Shown here: positions 26,204-38,342 of the stretch, one piece after another | Position numbering within the stretch: the stretch's first letter is position 1 | Layout of the letters: every line of letters starts with the position of its first letter | Assembly (NCBI RefSeq): GCF_964204645.1 | Contig: NC_134025.1 | Span: 18,761,101-18,825,100 of the forward strand | Origin: Tubulanus polymorphus | Taxonomy: Eukaryota; Animalia; Nemertea | Direction of reading: 5' to 3' | Length of the DNA: 64,000 bases | Translations under genes and position numbers: made by a program | The notes under the pieces: model-generated | What the model was told of the DNA's origin: nothing | The model's input: the letters and a program-made list of their open reading frames with translations, nothing else | Database searches by the model: none

Positions 26204-26485
26204 GTATTAATAATGTAATATAACTTATGAATGTTGTATCAATATGTGCTTTATCGTAATCAACATGTCAGACTACTCAATATGTATTCAAAGTAATTAG
26301 CTGTAGTCAGTGCTCATCATTAATTAATTTACGTCTCTCAAACATGTCACTAGGTGTTAGTTAATGAGTCCTGATGTACATATGAGGTTTAACTGCCTTG
26401 TTGTTCCTGATGGATGGAATCCTGTACCGCTGGTGTAAATGCTAGTTCCCCCAGCCAGCCTGCCGATACAACAACCAGCGGGTTA
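24470..26485 (+). repeat. Direct duplication (~24470-24850 and ~26113-26485), each copy with an (AAT)n microsatellite
   Basis: GAATGGTTCATA..TGAAATGCTT(AAT)n AGTATTAATAATG...CATGTCACTAG and CCCCAGCCAGCCTGCCGATACAACAACCAGC are shared. Confidence 0.9.
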
Positions 26486-28454
26486 CATCTCCCCCTTGGA
26501 CATGGATTCCGCGAAATCGCCCAGACAATCCTACCCAACCTATATTCCATAATGGTATAGTCCACACGTTAGCCAATAAGACTGTGTTCTCTGAGCGTGC
26601 TTTGATGAATGAATGGAGTTCATGTGACAGGCACTACTACTACTGAAGTGGTAGTTATTATCTTCGGCTAAGACCACATGATAACATTAGAATGCGCTTA
26701 AAATGACTATCGGCTCCACGTCTGATGTGTTCGTCTTAGCATGGATACACCCTAGTACATTTTCCCCCAAATAAAGAATAACGGACATTATTTCAACCAT
26801 CACGGAAATCCTGGGTTGCTCATATTTTTTCTACTACGCGCGCCGAACAGTTTCTTTTTTGTCAGTCAATCTGAGGCGGCCTGTGTTTGAGGTAGGACAT
26901 AGCAGCTTATCCCGCTGTGTATACAGCACTGCTCTTTTAGCCTACTACGGGTACATGTGCTAACTCATGGTATATCCAAGAATACAGCATCTTTGAATGG
27001 CGTAGTTTGCGTAGATATATGTGATACTGGCTGGCATTACTGGTAATTTTCATTGCATGAAGAAAATCCCTCACTCACAGTGCTTTCAAGAAATAAAATC
27101 CAGGCTAGCGACTGATAAACCCTGCAGAGACAACCCTACCGGGCCTCACAGTCAGTGTAAAACCATGACCGGCAGTTTCTATGAACTACTATCAATGTAT
27201 CAGTGCGCGAGCACCTGTGAGGATAGTGATGGGTTAACACTTCATTGCCGGGTAAAACCAATATAGACAATTCACTGATGTGGTAGGCCCTTCATGTACC
27301 TCAAAACTTTCCATAATTGATCACGATTTTGGGACCTTAAGTACAACAGGCTATGATAGTCATGGCTAGGATCATGGATACAGGCAAAAGACGCATCACA
27401 GACAATTCTTTAGCCGATTATCAGTTCTATATCATACAGCATTATGGGACTATATCCATGGCAGTAGAGATACTACGGGTGTTGTTCGGTGAACGGCAGG
27501 ATTTTTACTAGCGGCGGTGCCTGTATGGTTTCCGACCATAAAAAGACGAAATCCACGCAGAGGCAGGATTGCAGTGAGCAACCCGCTTAAAGTAAAGCAT
27601 TCAAATGAAACTATATAATACACAATATTGATCCACCTGTATGGTGTTTTTTAATGCAAATCAGTATTGTTTAACGATAACCCCGGGCATATGCATGATA
27701 TACAATACAACAAGTAGCGGCACACCTCAATGAGTATGAATTACCTTCATTAGAAAAGCCGATCACCACAGCCGTATCGGTGCGCTAAATCAAGCGATAT
27801 GACATCAGGTAGTTGCTATGGAACCAGACCACAAAAATGAATTAAATGTACTAATTACATCACATGGCTGGCTGAACAGGGGCAGCAGGGGCGGCCTTGG
27901 CCGGATCAAAACTTTGCCAATCATGTTTCACTTTTTGACGTAAGATAACGCGATGCCGATGATCATACTAAATTTTGCATAAAAACTAGTATCATCTTGC
28001 CGTGAATTTTGTCTTGATGTAAGGAACTTTATTTCAAATATCTCATGCCAGAATGCCCTTAAAACGCATCTTCTGGTTTTAAACATTTCAAGAGCTTTTT
28101 TTCAAAAAGAGGACCCTCAGATTCCCCAGGTGCTTCGCGCCTTGGTGGCACAAATACCTCCACACTGGGAGCTGTGGCCAGACCAATGTGTTTCTCCTCC
28201 CGCCAGCCCTGCATCAATACACCGCAGTGCGGTGTAGTAGCAAAATCTGTCACGAATTTATTCACCGCATTGAAGGGGTTAACATAACAGAGGGTTGATG
28301 AAAGATCGTTGGCAGCATTACAAATTTCCTTTCTAACAGTTGGTTGGCATTATGGCATAGGGTGAGAAGTGGTATAACGAGAGCTATTTACGTACACATA
28401 GATAGTAAATGAAATGTACACAAAGAAATTTATGTTGATACGGGAAGTATAACA

Positions 28455-28778
28455 AGCTTTGACTGTAATGGCATCTAATATTCTCATATGAAATATATAT
28501 TATTACTTTTTATAATCCAAGATAGCCGCTTGTCAGCCACTGAATCATAAGCTGATACATCATGCCATCTTAAGCCTAGCATACATCGAAATAGCAACTG
28601 ATCATATCCACTTGCACTGGAAGCTTTGACTGTAATGGCATCTTATATTTATGAAGTGTAAATGCTCTACTTCTTATAATCCAAGATGTCCGCTGGTCAG
28701 CCATTGAATAATTAACTGATACTTCATGTCATTGCCTAGCATACATCGGAAAAGCAACTGATCATATCCATTTGCACT
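28455..28778 (+). repeat. Diverged tandem duplication, ~165-bp unit
   Basis: AAGCTTTGACTGTAATGGCATCT...GCCTAGCATACATCG..AGCAACTGATCATATCCA.TTGCACT occurs twice. Confidence 0.8.
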
Positions 28779-28977
28779 CTGTATCCAGCCAGTTCTTTTC
28801 ATACGCGGATATGTCTCACATCTAGTTTTCCCGGGTACTTGGTCGATGACAGTGGATTTTTATGATCGATATTAAATCATATTCATGATAATTTAGATTT
28901 TGTAAAATGTTGGCGACATACCAGGTTGGGGATACATTACAATCAGGACAGGACATAACTGAAGTCAGACAATTTAC

Positions 28978-29073
28978 CTCACTATCAGCAATTTTTCGAC
29001 TTGTGAAGTCATGAATACAATCAGCAAAACACATTTCTGATAAGCGATTATAAGTCACAAGGAACTCGCGAAA
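28978..29073 (-). CDS. TIMM9: Tim9, middle coding exon (96 nt)
   Basis: Acceptor tttttttttcag, donor GAG|gtaaat. Translates FREFLVTYNRLSEMCFADCIHDFTSRKIADSE with the first CX3C; phase 0/0. Confidence 0.95.
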
Positions 29074-30303
29074 CTGAAAAAAAAAAAATTATCACTGGTT
29101 TGGAATATATACACAGGAAATTGGCAAAATCTGCCCAAGCGAACAAATTCATCATGAAGCCATGGAATTTGATTCGATTTTTTTAAATTGACTTCTACAA
29201 AAGACTCAGATGTGGATTCAGACAGTAGCACTGTAGACAAGCGCTACCGTCGCGAAAATTTATGCCTTTTTTGGTTTTTTTTTATCCCCAAAGTAGAAAG
29301 GGCACATTTAGTCATCCCTTTCAATCACAAAAGTATAAAAAGCACATTTTTACAAGACGAGGCAGATAATTTCAACCAAATAGCACCATTCTCCAGGATT
29401 TCATCTTTATTGCCAAGAAAATACATCTCAATACAGTAAATTTTCTAGAGCACTTTGCATTAGGCCTTTATTCATTGCTTGGAAATTGTACCAAAAAGCA
29501 GCAAATTTAAAAAAATTTCTGGACTTCCGGACCCCTTGTTTGTCATGATTCACAAATATTTTAAACTAAAAAACATGTAGTTGGTTCTCCTATCCCAGTA
29601 CGTTTGAATGTCAAAGATTATTTTTCATTAGACTGGCTGAGTCAATACAACAAAAATGGACAATAACCCAGTTAGATCATCCTTTGCTTCATAACGATCA
29701 GGAACTGTCAAGTAAAGATAGGCTGAAAAGTCTTTGAGAGATCCATCAATTGATGATGATGATGATGAGCCCCAAGGGGCACTACGCTTTTCACATTCAC
29801 TTTTCATAAATCAAATGATGCACAATCTGTGGGTTATATTTGTCAAAAACTCTCCCCCGATCAATAGACAATAGACATGTTTTATAAGTAACAGTACTAA
29901 CAGAGAGACTAGGGCTGGCACAAACAAATACCTCAGATCAATCATTACCGATCGTTTAACGAATTAATTAGAATGTAAAATAAAATAAAATGAAATTCGT
30001 TGAATTTGAATTTTTTGCTCAAAAAAGTAAAATTGACCTCGACATTTTTTGCAGAATAGAACTTCATTGAATTTGCAATTTGTGCACATGGCTAATATGC
30101 ATATCAAGGTCATCTATCTGATTTGAGAAAAATATATTTTTCCCGAACAATTGTCAAGGATATATATTCAAAAGTGCATATAAAACTTCCTCCTAAAAAC
30201 CAAATTGACTAATGGTATCACAGGAATCGATCTAACAATTTCAAATCTTAAAATTAATCCCGGAAATAAAACAGTCGTCGATACTGCAGAATCACTTGAA
30301 CAC

Positions 30304-30444
30304 CAGGGGCCAGTTGCACAGTCACTTAAGTCCAAAAGTGGTCGTAAATCGTAAGACTCGTCTTAAGTTGTTAGATTAGCTATAGAACCAAGTTGGTCTT
30401 AGACTGATCTTAAGTCTAAGCCATGACTATGCAACCGGCCCCTG
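30304..30444. mobile_element. 141-bp MITE, Harbinger-like ends
   Basis: TIR CAGGGGCCAGTTGCACAGTCA / TGACTATGCAACCGGCCCCTG; absent from the paralogous repeat copy at ~2378-2390. Confidence 0.8.
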
Positions 30445-31004
30445 AAGTCTTCTGCGGCTAAGCCAATCAAAGAGGAGACAATGCTTTCTGATGATCTATG
30501 ACGATGTTGAATGGGAGGACCACAGACTTAAGAATTGAATGAATTTAATTTTTCTGCCGAACGATTTAGCCAACGCTATTTGTATTGTTAAACCTCATTA
30601 ATGCCATTCGGTTAAAGGCGAAACTAGTTTAATGTTTTCCATCATGTCCCAGCCAAGAGATTTGTATCAATCAAGATTTGTATACAAAAACCCATTTATA
30701 ACACAATAATTTTGACAATTTCGCCTACACAAGATTCGTATTCAAAGTACAACTGTAAGGGTAATCTCGACTGACTGGTTTTTTCTGCATGAACTGTTAG
30801 GCCATATTGCTGAATAATGAAAACAAAAACAGGACGATTTTTCTAAATGCAAAATACTCTGATGCATAATAGGTAGATAAACCGGACTTGTAAACGTACA
30901 CCTCAAAACGTCGCACAGAGAGCGATGATCTGATGATCTATGACGATGTTGATTGGGAGGACCACAGACTTTGGTTAGTGTCACTGAGGCAGGCTGACGA
31001 TTGC

Positions 31005-31205
31005 TTGTTTGTTTTTTGTTTGTTTACATCATTCGGACCTTGGTTTTTAACCCTATTGGATTGTTCATTTAACCTCACGACGGCCTTTAAAGTGTTGCCC
31101 GCACACTGTAAGCAGCCAGCAGGACTCAAACCCACTTGTCACTCGACTCAGCACTGGTAGTGGATGCAACAGCATCACGCCTTATCTCACTGAGCTACCA
31201 AGGCC
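31005..31205 (-). mobile_element. tRNA-derived SINE
   Basis: Minus strand: GGCCTTGGTAGCTCAGTGAG (A box), GGGTTTGAGTCC (B box), unrelated body, (AAAC)n-like tail. Confidence 0.75.
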
Positions 31206-32699
31206 GCTCGATTCAATTCTAAAATAAATTGCCCATGGGCAGTGTGGTTTACCTTGAAAGCTAGAGGTTAAAATCTTTTTAATTCGTGACTTCAAAGTTC
31301 TAGAAGTTTATATTGTATTTTATCTTTCTTAAAAAATTATTTTGTAGCCAAATAAGACCAGAGATAAACATTTGTTTATAGTCTACGTCCAAAATTTCGT
31401 AGGGTACAAATAAGCGTGGCAGGGAAACTATTTTATATTTTCAAAAAAATATATTTCACAATTTTCAGCGGGGGCGTAGTATTAAATCGTTTTAAATCCT
31501 GGAATTTACCACTACAATATTCAGACCTCGACCTATACCTATAGTTTGCTGCTTTAGTATTTTCAGGTCACAAGAAATTACAATTTATTACAAATTCTAT
31601 CAAACAGAAAGCACAGCGCATATCTTCTGCTACGGACGATTATTCAGCCTGTTATCAAACGTGCACGCGCCAAGCAGCGTTACAGCATCACCACATAGTA
31701 GTCTGTATGAGCGTGTGTTTGTGTGTTTAGCACTCCCGCGCACGTGGAGGCCTTGTGAAGTGAATGTTCACTTCAATCTCAATCAACACAATCACCGGGT
31801 ATCAAAATTAAACAATACCTATGGCGATATGTGAAATAATTATATTCTCACCAGCAATTCGCACATATACGGCACCTAGTCCAATGAAACGTTCGCCATT
31901 AATGGCTTTCCCATAATTATTTTAGTAGCGCCCGAATTCCCCGTATATCCCAAAAACAGCCAATCACATTCGCTCATAGAGACGACGCCCTTTAAACAAA
32001 GTTGACCATGTCATCGACGGAGGTTCATCATGTCTTCAATCGCATCGATTACACGTCGTATAACCCGAGGCCCAATGGAAAAAATGCTCACATAAAAAAA
32101 TGCACCGCGAGTTCACATGAATTGGCTCAATACCAACCTCATACTGCTGACAAAGGTAAACCAAAAACTACAGTAGTGGCAAATAACCATCGCAATATTG
32201 CAATTTATGACAAACAACATGTAAATATGGTCACTGTTGTGGTGTTCAAAGCATTGAAAAGATAATATGAGTTATTTTCCCGGCGCGCATTACAAAGCGC
32301 AGCTATCTGCCGAGTGCGTAAGGGGTTGCTACCACCTCAAGTTAGAGGTGGGCAGAGCATCTTAAAGTGAAAACTTATCTTAGAATATAGCCCAACAGAT
32401 GGAATTTTACAATAAACTGTCAGTCAACTGATTGATGATACAACATGTTTATTCTGGGCGTACTTAACAGTGATATTCTCCTCCAATAAACAACTCTGGT
32501 AAAATTGAATAAAATAATTTATCATTATTGGTGATATCGTTTCATCTACCACATAACTAACAAGAAAAATGCGAAAAACTTTTTGGGCCAATTGATCATA
32601 AATCCGGCATCGCTATCTTGTAGGGAATAATTGAAACATTACTTTGAGGCATTTTCAGCTGTGCCTAATGTTTTACGAGAATGGAGTTACAATTTGAAG

Positions 32700-33151
32700 T
32701 AACTATGAAAATGAGAAGAGTCGGCGCTTTTTTTTTTACTACGACCTTCGATCGATTGTACTAGCATTGGCATGACGTCATAGATGCCAACCAATGCTTG
32801 GTTCTTGGTGTGCCCTCCGTCAGAGTCCGACAGGAAAACGTGTTGATGCAAGTTACACAGCAACCTTGAATATCTAATCACAGCGTAATGTGACAAAAGC
32901 ACTTTAAGAAAACGTGCCGGACAAAGAGAGCAAGCTGAAGTTAGTTACATGTGACACAGGATCCAAAAATTCTATATATGGAACGTGTAAGGTCTGCAAC
33001 TAAAGAGGGTCCTGATGGTCGAGGAAATAAAAGGAAAGATATTGTTCCATATTTTGAATGGGTAACAAAGACGAATGATGATGGTTTCAAGATAACTGCT
33101 AACGAAAGTCTTCCATCATCCTTTGATGAAGTGGTAGGAAAATTCCTATGA
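32700..33151 (+). pseudogene. Degenerate DNA transposase fragment, possibly Sola2-like
   Basis: Across stops and frameshifts: LVCPPSESDRKTC*CKLHSNLEYLITA, LVTCDTGSKNSIYGTCKVC, VPYFEWVTK; resembles the RxTCxCxxHxN...C..C...YxxW region I recall from Sola2-type transposases. Confidence 0.45.
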
Positions 33152-33446
33152 TTTAATACAATAAATTGCCCATAGGCAAAGTGTGGTTTACCTTGAAAGC
33201 TAGAGGTTGTTTGGAGTAAGGGCATTGCTTGAAAAATCTTTATAATTCGTGACTTCAAAGTTCCACAAGTTTATATTGTATTTTATCTTTCTTGAAGAAT
33301 TATTTTGTAGTCACATAAGACCAAAGATATACATTTGGTTACGGTCCACGTCCAAAAGTTTGTAGGGTACAGGTAGGCGTGGCAGGGAAATTATTTTATA
33401 TTTTCAAAAAAATATGTTTTACAATATGAAAAAAATGTTCAAATAA

Positions 33447-34007
33447 GGCCATCCCAAAATAATTGTCTGTTTGCCGTAACACCGACTCAACTTTTTTAGA
33501 TGAGTCGGTAGGTAAGAAAAAATGTTGCTAAATTTTTGGGCAAAAAAAAAACAAATTTATCACCTTTTTACAATGGAAACAATATCGCAAAAATCATCTA
33601 CATTGCGCATGGGAAATTTGTCTAATAGCGTAGATTTCGAGAATTATTCTAAAATTATAACTTCGTCCAGAGCGTCATCTCTGTGTTAAAAATGAAACAG
33701 TACATTGAATATGTGCGCGGTTTTACGTGACCAGCTTTGATATAGTCACTATGAGAATGAATGGCAGCTTATTGGAACACTGCCAGTTTCCTGGAAAACT
33801 TAAATAAGGCCACATTGACAAGGCATGTTTTCAAACGATGCACAAACATATATAATACGTAGCTCATACGTAGGCAGTGGGTCGGTCGGCCGTTTATATC
33901 AACAATAAAATTTATTTCAATGATTCCCAGAAAAAAAGTTTTCACTCGGTACCTTTGAAGTCGGGTCGGTCGGGTTACGGCAAACAGACCATTAATATGG
34001 GATGGCC
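33447..34007. mobile_element. PIF/Harbinger (Tourist-like) MITE
   Basis: TIR GGCCATCCCA.AAT.AT.GTCTGTTTGCCGTAAC; TAA TSD on both sides; absent from the duplicate at ~31460. Confidence 0.85.
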
Positions 34008-34994
34008 TAAAATTCATATGATGTCACATATCAGAGGGTGGCTGAATATTGGGTCATGGAAACCTCTTCCAATGTTGGCTGCGGAAGTTAAAATACCGGT
34101 ACAGAAGAAATCGGTTATTAGATCGTTTTAAATCCTGGAATTTACGACTACAATATTCAGACCTCGACCTATACTTTTAGTTTGCTGCTTAATATTTTCA
34201 GGTCACAAGAAATTACAATTTATTACAAATTCTATCAAACAGAAAACAAAGCGCTCATCTTCTGCTACGATTATTCAGCCTATTTTCATGTCAAATGAGC
34301 AAGCGTTACAGCATCACCTTGAGTAGCGTACCGTACGAGCTTGTGTGTGTGTCGTGCAGCACAGGTGGAGGCCTCGTGTAAGTGAATGTTCGCTTACACT
34401 TCAATGTCAATCAAATCAATTACCGGGATTAGAATGAAACAATACCTATGGCGGATGTGTGAAATAATTACATCCTCACCAGCAATGAGCATTTAAAATT
34501 TGCACGTATACGGCACCTAGTCCAATGAAACGTACGCCATTCTATGGCTTTCCCATAATTATTTTAGTAGCGCCTGAATTCCCCATATATCCCAAAAAAC
34601 AGCTAATCCCATTCGCTCGTAGAGACGACGCCCACCAATCGAGGTCATTGCAATTTTATACGCGAGAGCTAACAATTTTCCCGCCAAAAACAGTTTTTCG
34701 TAGAATTTTAACTCAGTTGACCATGTACATCGACGGAGGTTCGCCATGTTTTCAATCGCATCGATTATACGTGGTTTAAGCCAAGAACCAATGAAACAAA
34801 TGCTCACATAAAAAAACGTACCGCGATTTTACATGAATTGGCTCAATGCCAACCTCATATCGCTGACAAAGGTAAACCAAAAAACGGGACCTCTGAATTT
34901 ATACAACTTGTCCATTTATCCGACTTTTGCCGATCCGACTTATGCTAAGTTTACTGTATACATATCGCAGTCAGTAGGTATGAGTTATCGTTAC

Positions 34995-35027
34995 CTGTTT
35001 AACAAGGTCTTGCGTTTGTTGATCCAT
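34995..35027 (-). CDS. TIMM9: Tim9, first coding exon
   Basis: Acceptor gattttag at 35036/35037, aaatATGG Kozak context, MDQQTQDLVKQ, donor CAG|gtaacg in phase 0. The spliced junction KQ|FREFL matches Tim9 KQFKEFL. Confidence 0.85.
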
Positions 35028-36553
35028 ATTTCATCCTAAAATCAAACGAACATACAGTTATATTGAAAATTATCATTAGCAAGTCAAGGTTAGATCCACG
35101 AACATAACTTCATAGGGCATGTATAAATGAAATATGTTGTATGCAATGATTAAAATTAGCATTTTTTCTTTTCAGCCAAAACAAAGTGAAATTAGATTAT
35201 TTAAATTGGCAGTGCGATCAAATTGCGTTATGGACTATCCATACAACATATCCACAGAAGATTGGGTAGATTTGACCACCCAAAATCCATATGCCACGCA
35301 TACCTTTCCTTCATGTCCTCCCAGGCCCTTGCCGAGGGGAGGTTCGGGGTAGCAAATCGACACGCTAAAATTTTCATGGTGCCCATCAAAAATGTCAGTG
35401 TCAAAATCATTGGATACAAATTTTGAAAAATTCGGATATAAATTTCATGTTTTCTTATTAAATTGAAAAGCATCCATTCTCAAATGACTTATTCAGGTAT
35501 CCAAGGTACTTCGTATTTAAGATCTGTCCTTCTTCAATAGGTAAGTGCGACTTTTATTTTTCTTGAAACAAAACTGCCCCCCAAAAAGCTTGGCACGGGC
35601 CTGGCGTCGGACAGCTAAATAGTTTGGTGATCCATAATAAATAAAATTTCATACATTACTAATGCAGGAAAATGCAAAATTTGCTGGGAATAAACTTGTG
35701 ATGAATTTTGTCACACAGAGCCAATCAGGCACACTGCAATCAGATTTCCTGCAGACAATAGTAATGTGATCATAAGAGACACAAACCCAATTACATTTAC
35801 TGAAAAATTACATATATTTTAACTTGTGCAAACTGAATTGCTCTAACAGGCATATTTTTTCTGTTAACATTTGGTTAGGGTAATCAAGCAAACTAAGTTG
35901 ATCCTGGTTTAGCAACCAATCAATGTAATTTGCAGAGTATTGAAACCACAGAGAGCAGTTGCTATACAACATTATTTAGGCATCATTCACTCATTATGTA
36001 AGCATAAAATTGGAATTTCGCAATCCCCTCCCCTGACCACAAAATCGGTCATTTTTTCCAACTACAGTTAACTTTACAGCACGCAATTGCACTTACCCCT
36101 CCCTCTCACTTAACACGTACGTAATAAATGAATGGCTCCCCAATAAAATCTTAATTTTTGTAAAACTAACTAGTTTTTGTGGTCTCTAAAAACAAAATTT
36201 GAGTTGTTCTCGACAATATAATCTACGGGGTGGTTTTTAACTAGTTTTCATGGTCTCTAAAAACAAAATTTGAGTTGTTCTCGACAATATAAGCCTATGA
36301 GGTGGTCTATGAAATTTCTTTGGGAAGGCCCCCACACCTCCTGATCGTCCCACGATAGTGTCTTGAAGCAGTATTCAAAATGGGAGACGCTGCGTTAAAT
36401 TTGCTGCAAACATATCGCACATGTTGAAACGGTTCAATTTTCGGATGCCACAAATCGTATGTGAAAATTGCCTACAGCTGATCAAACACGCTATGCAAAT
36501 TTTGGTGCAACATCTATTATCTCACACAGTGTCCCCTGCTTTACTAGTTCTGT

Positions 36554-36927
36554 TCATCCTCCCCCGGCCCGGATTCGAACCTGATGGCATTGAAATAGCC
36601 ACGATAACCGAGTGATGATGCAGGGGCGGATCCAGGGTTAATGTCGAAGGTAGCACAACTTATAAAAAGGGCATTCTGAAATTTTGAAAATCTGCTTTTT
36701 GCTACAATTACTAAGCAATTAATGTCCTGGCGCGAAGTGCTTTCTAGCACATTAACTGCATTGAGATGTAGTTTCCAGCCAATAAAGACAAATTCTTGAA
36801 AAATTATGTGCTCTTTGTTTAAAATTATCTACCTCGTCTTGTAAAAATGTGCCCTTTCTACTTTGGGCATGAAAACAGTTTTCTACAGCGATGACCTTAG
36901 GTTCGAATCCCTGCCGAGGGAGGATGA
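36554..36927. mobile_element. TIR element whose ends contain a Pol III B-box/tRNA 3'-like sequence; same family at 46451-46793
   Basis: TCATCCTCCCCCGGCCCGGATTCGAACCT ... AGGTTCGAATCCCTGCCGAGGGAGGATGA; the interior begins with CAGGGGCGGATCCAGGG, an end also seen at 1634-1651. Confidence 0.6.
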
Positions 36928-37043
36928 TTGAAAACTGTTTTGTTTAACTTATTTGATAATGGAATCAAGTGCACTGACAATGTTTTTGTTTAATATATTT
37001 GATACTGGAATCAAGTGCACTGACAAATGGAAGGGTAATTCAC

Positions 37044-37100
37044 GTTGAGTGCCAGCTACGAATTAACTTATACCGGTACTTCCGTTTGTCACCAATGCAG
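37044..37100 (-). promoter_or_regulatory. Possible TIMM9 promoter / short non-coding first exon
   Basis: CCAAT box and ETS-like CGGAAGT followed by a possible donor AAC|gtgaat; positional inference only. Confidence 0.25.
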
Positions 37101-37899
37101 GCTATGAATATATTCGTTAAGATCCTTCATATTTACATATTGCTTCATATTCTATGCTCATTGACTATGAAACAGCTCCAGCGCCAACCTAGAAGTATAT
37201 TCGTGTGGCACCTGGGGTCAACACGGTATTATCAAGCTGGTATCCACTTAAAACTTATGCATTAGTCCAATAGTGAAAATTCTTTTAACTGTTATACCCA
37301 TAAAACATATGCAACAAGGTCCAAAAGGTCGAAGACAGATATTTCTAAAATTGGGTAGGAGTGGACTACGAGCAATTATCTCAACTGAGATAATTGCTCC
37401 ATAGAGAAACCATTAGAATTGTTTGGTCAATGGCCGGTATTTTACTAGAAATGATGACAATATGAGGGTCAAACAGTGGGCTATGCTAGGAAGTTAAGGG
37501 AATTTATCTGAGCTTTGCCGTGATAATGTTGCTCACATACGATATGATTTTTTTGAACTCCTAGTAAAATAGGGACACACCATAACAAAATTGTAACATT
37601 TTTTTATTTGTTCAAGCTTAATTTCTATTTTCCTTAAGAAAATATCCAGTGCGGTATTTTTGAGTGGTATTTCAAAGGGAACTCAAAACGTAACAGGTGA
37701 ACATGTATGGGGATTTCTCTGTAACAACTCTGCCCATGTTCATAAAAACAAAATGGTGCATTTTTGGATTCATACAGCAGTAAGCTTAATTGACATGCGT
37801 ATGTCCACGAGTGGTAAGCTTAATTGACATGTGTATGTCCATGAGTGGTAATTCCCGTATAAATTAATTCGAAGTTCCTTTCACGAGGCACCACTTTCA

Positions 37900-38342
37900 A
37901 ATCGAATTACGAAGGTACGTACAATACCCCAGTGAAATTTATTACTTGTTCCTTATTCCTTATCCCGTTACTTATTGAGAATTCATCTCCCAATAAGGAA
38001 CAAGGAACAAGTAACTTGTTCCTTGTTCCTTATTCAGATTTTCTCGTCTTTACTTATTGAGAATTCACCTCCCAATAAGGAACAAGGAACAAGTAACTTG
38101 TTCCTTATTCAGATTTTCTCTTCTCTACTTATTGAGAGTTCATCTCCCAATATCGAATTACGAAGGTACGTACAATACCCCAGTGAAATTTATTACTTGT
38201 TCCTTATTCCTTATCCCGTTACTTATTGAGAATTCATCTCCCAATAAGGAACAAGGAACAAGTAACTTGTTCCTTGTTCCTTATTCAGATTTTCTCTTCT
38301 TTACTTATTGAGAGTTCATCTCCCAATATCGAATTACGAAGT
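37900..38342. repeat. Tandemly duplicated modular repeat
   Basis: ATCGAATTACGAAGGTACGTACAATACCCCAGTG twice; TTACTTATTGAGA.TTCA.CTCCCAATA five times. Confidence 0.85.

Larger units (their letters stand above)
31223..34885 (+). repeat. Diverged ~0.95-kb direct duplication (31223-32168 and 33160-34885, the second interrupted by a MITE)
   Basis: Both copies run from ATAAATTGCCCAT..GTGTGGTTTACCTTGAAAGCTAGAGGTT to GCTGACAAAGGTAAACCAAAAA. Confidence 0.9.

Noticed and set aside
28822-29058. 78-aa ORF as a stand-alone gene or Tim9 pseudogene
   Set aside because: Similarity stops exactly at a GT donor; it is one exon of the intact spliced TIMM9.
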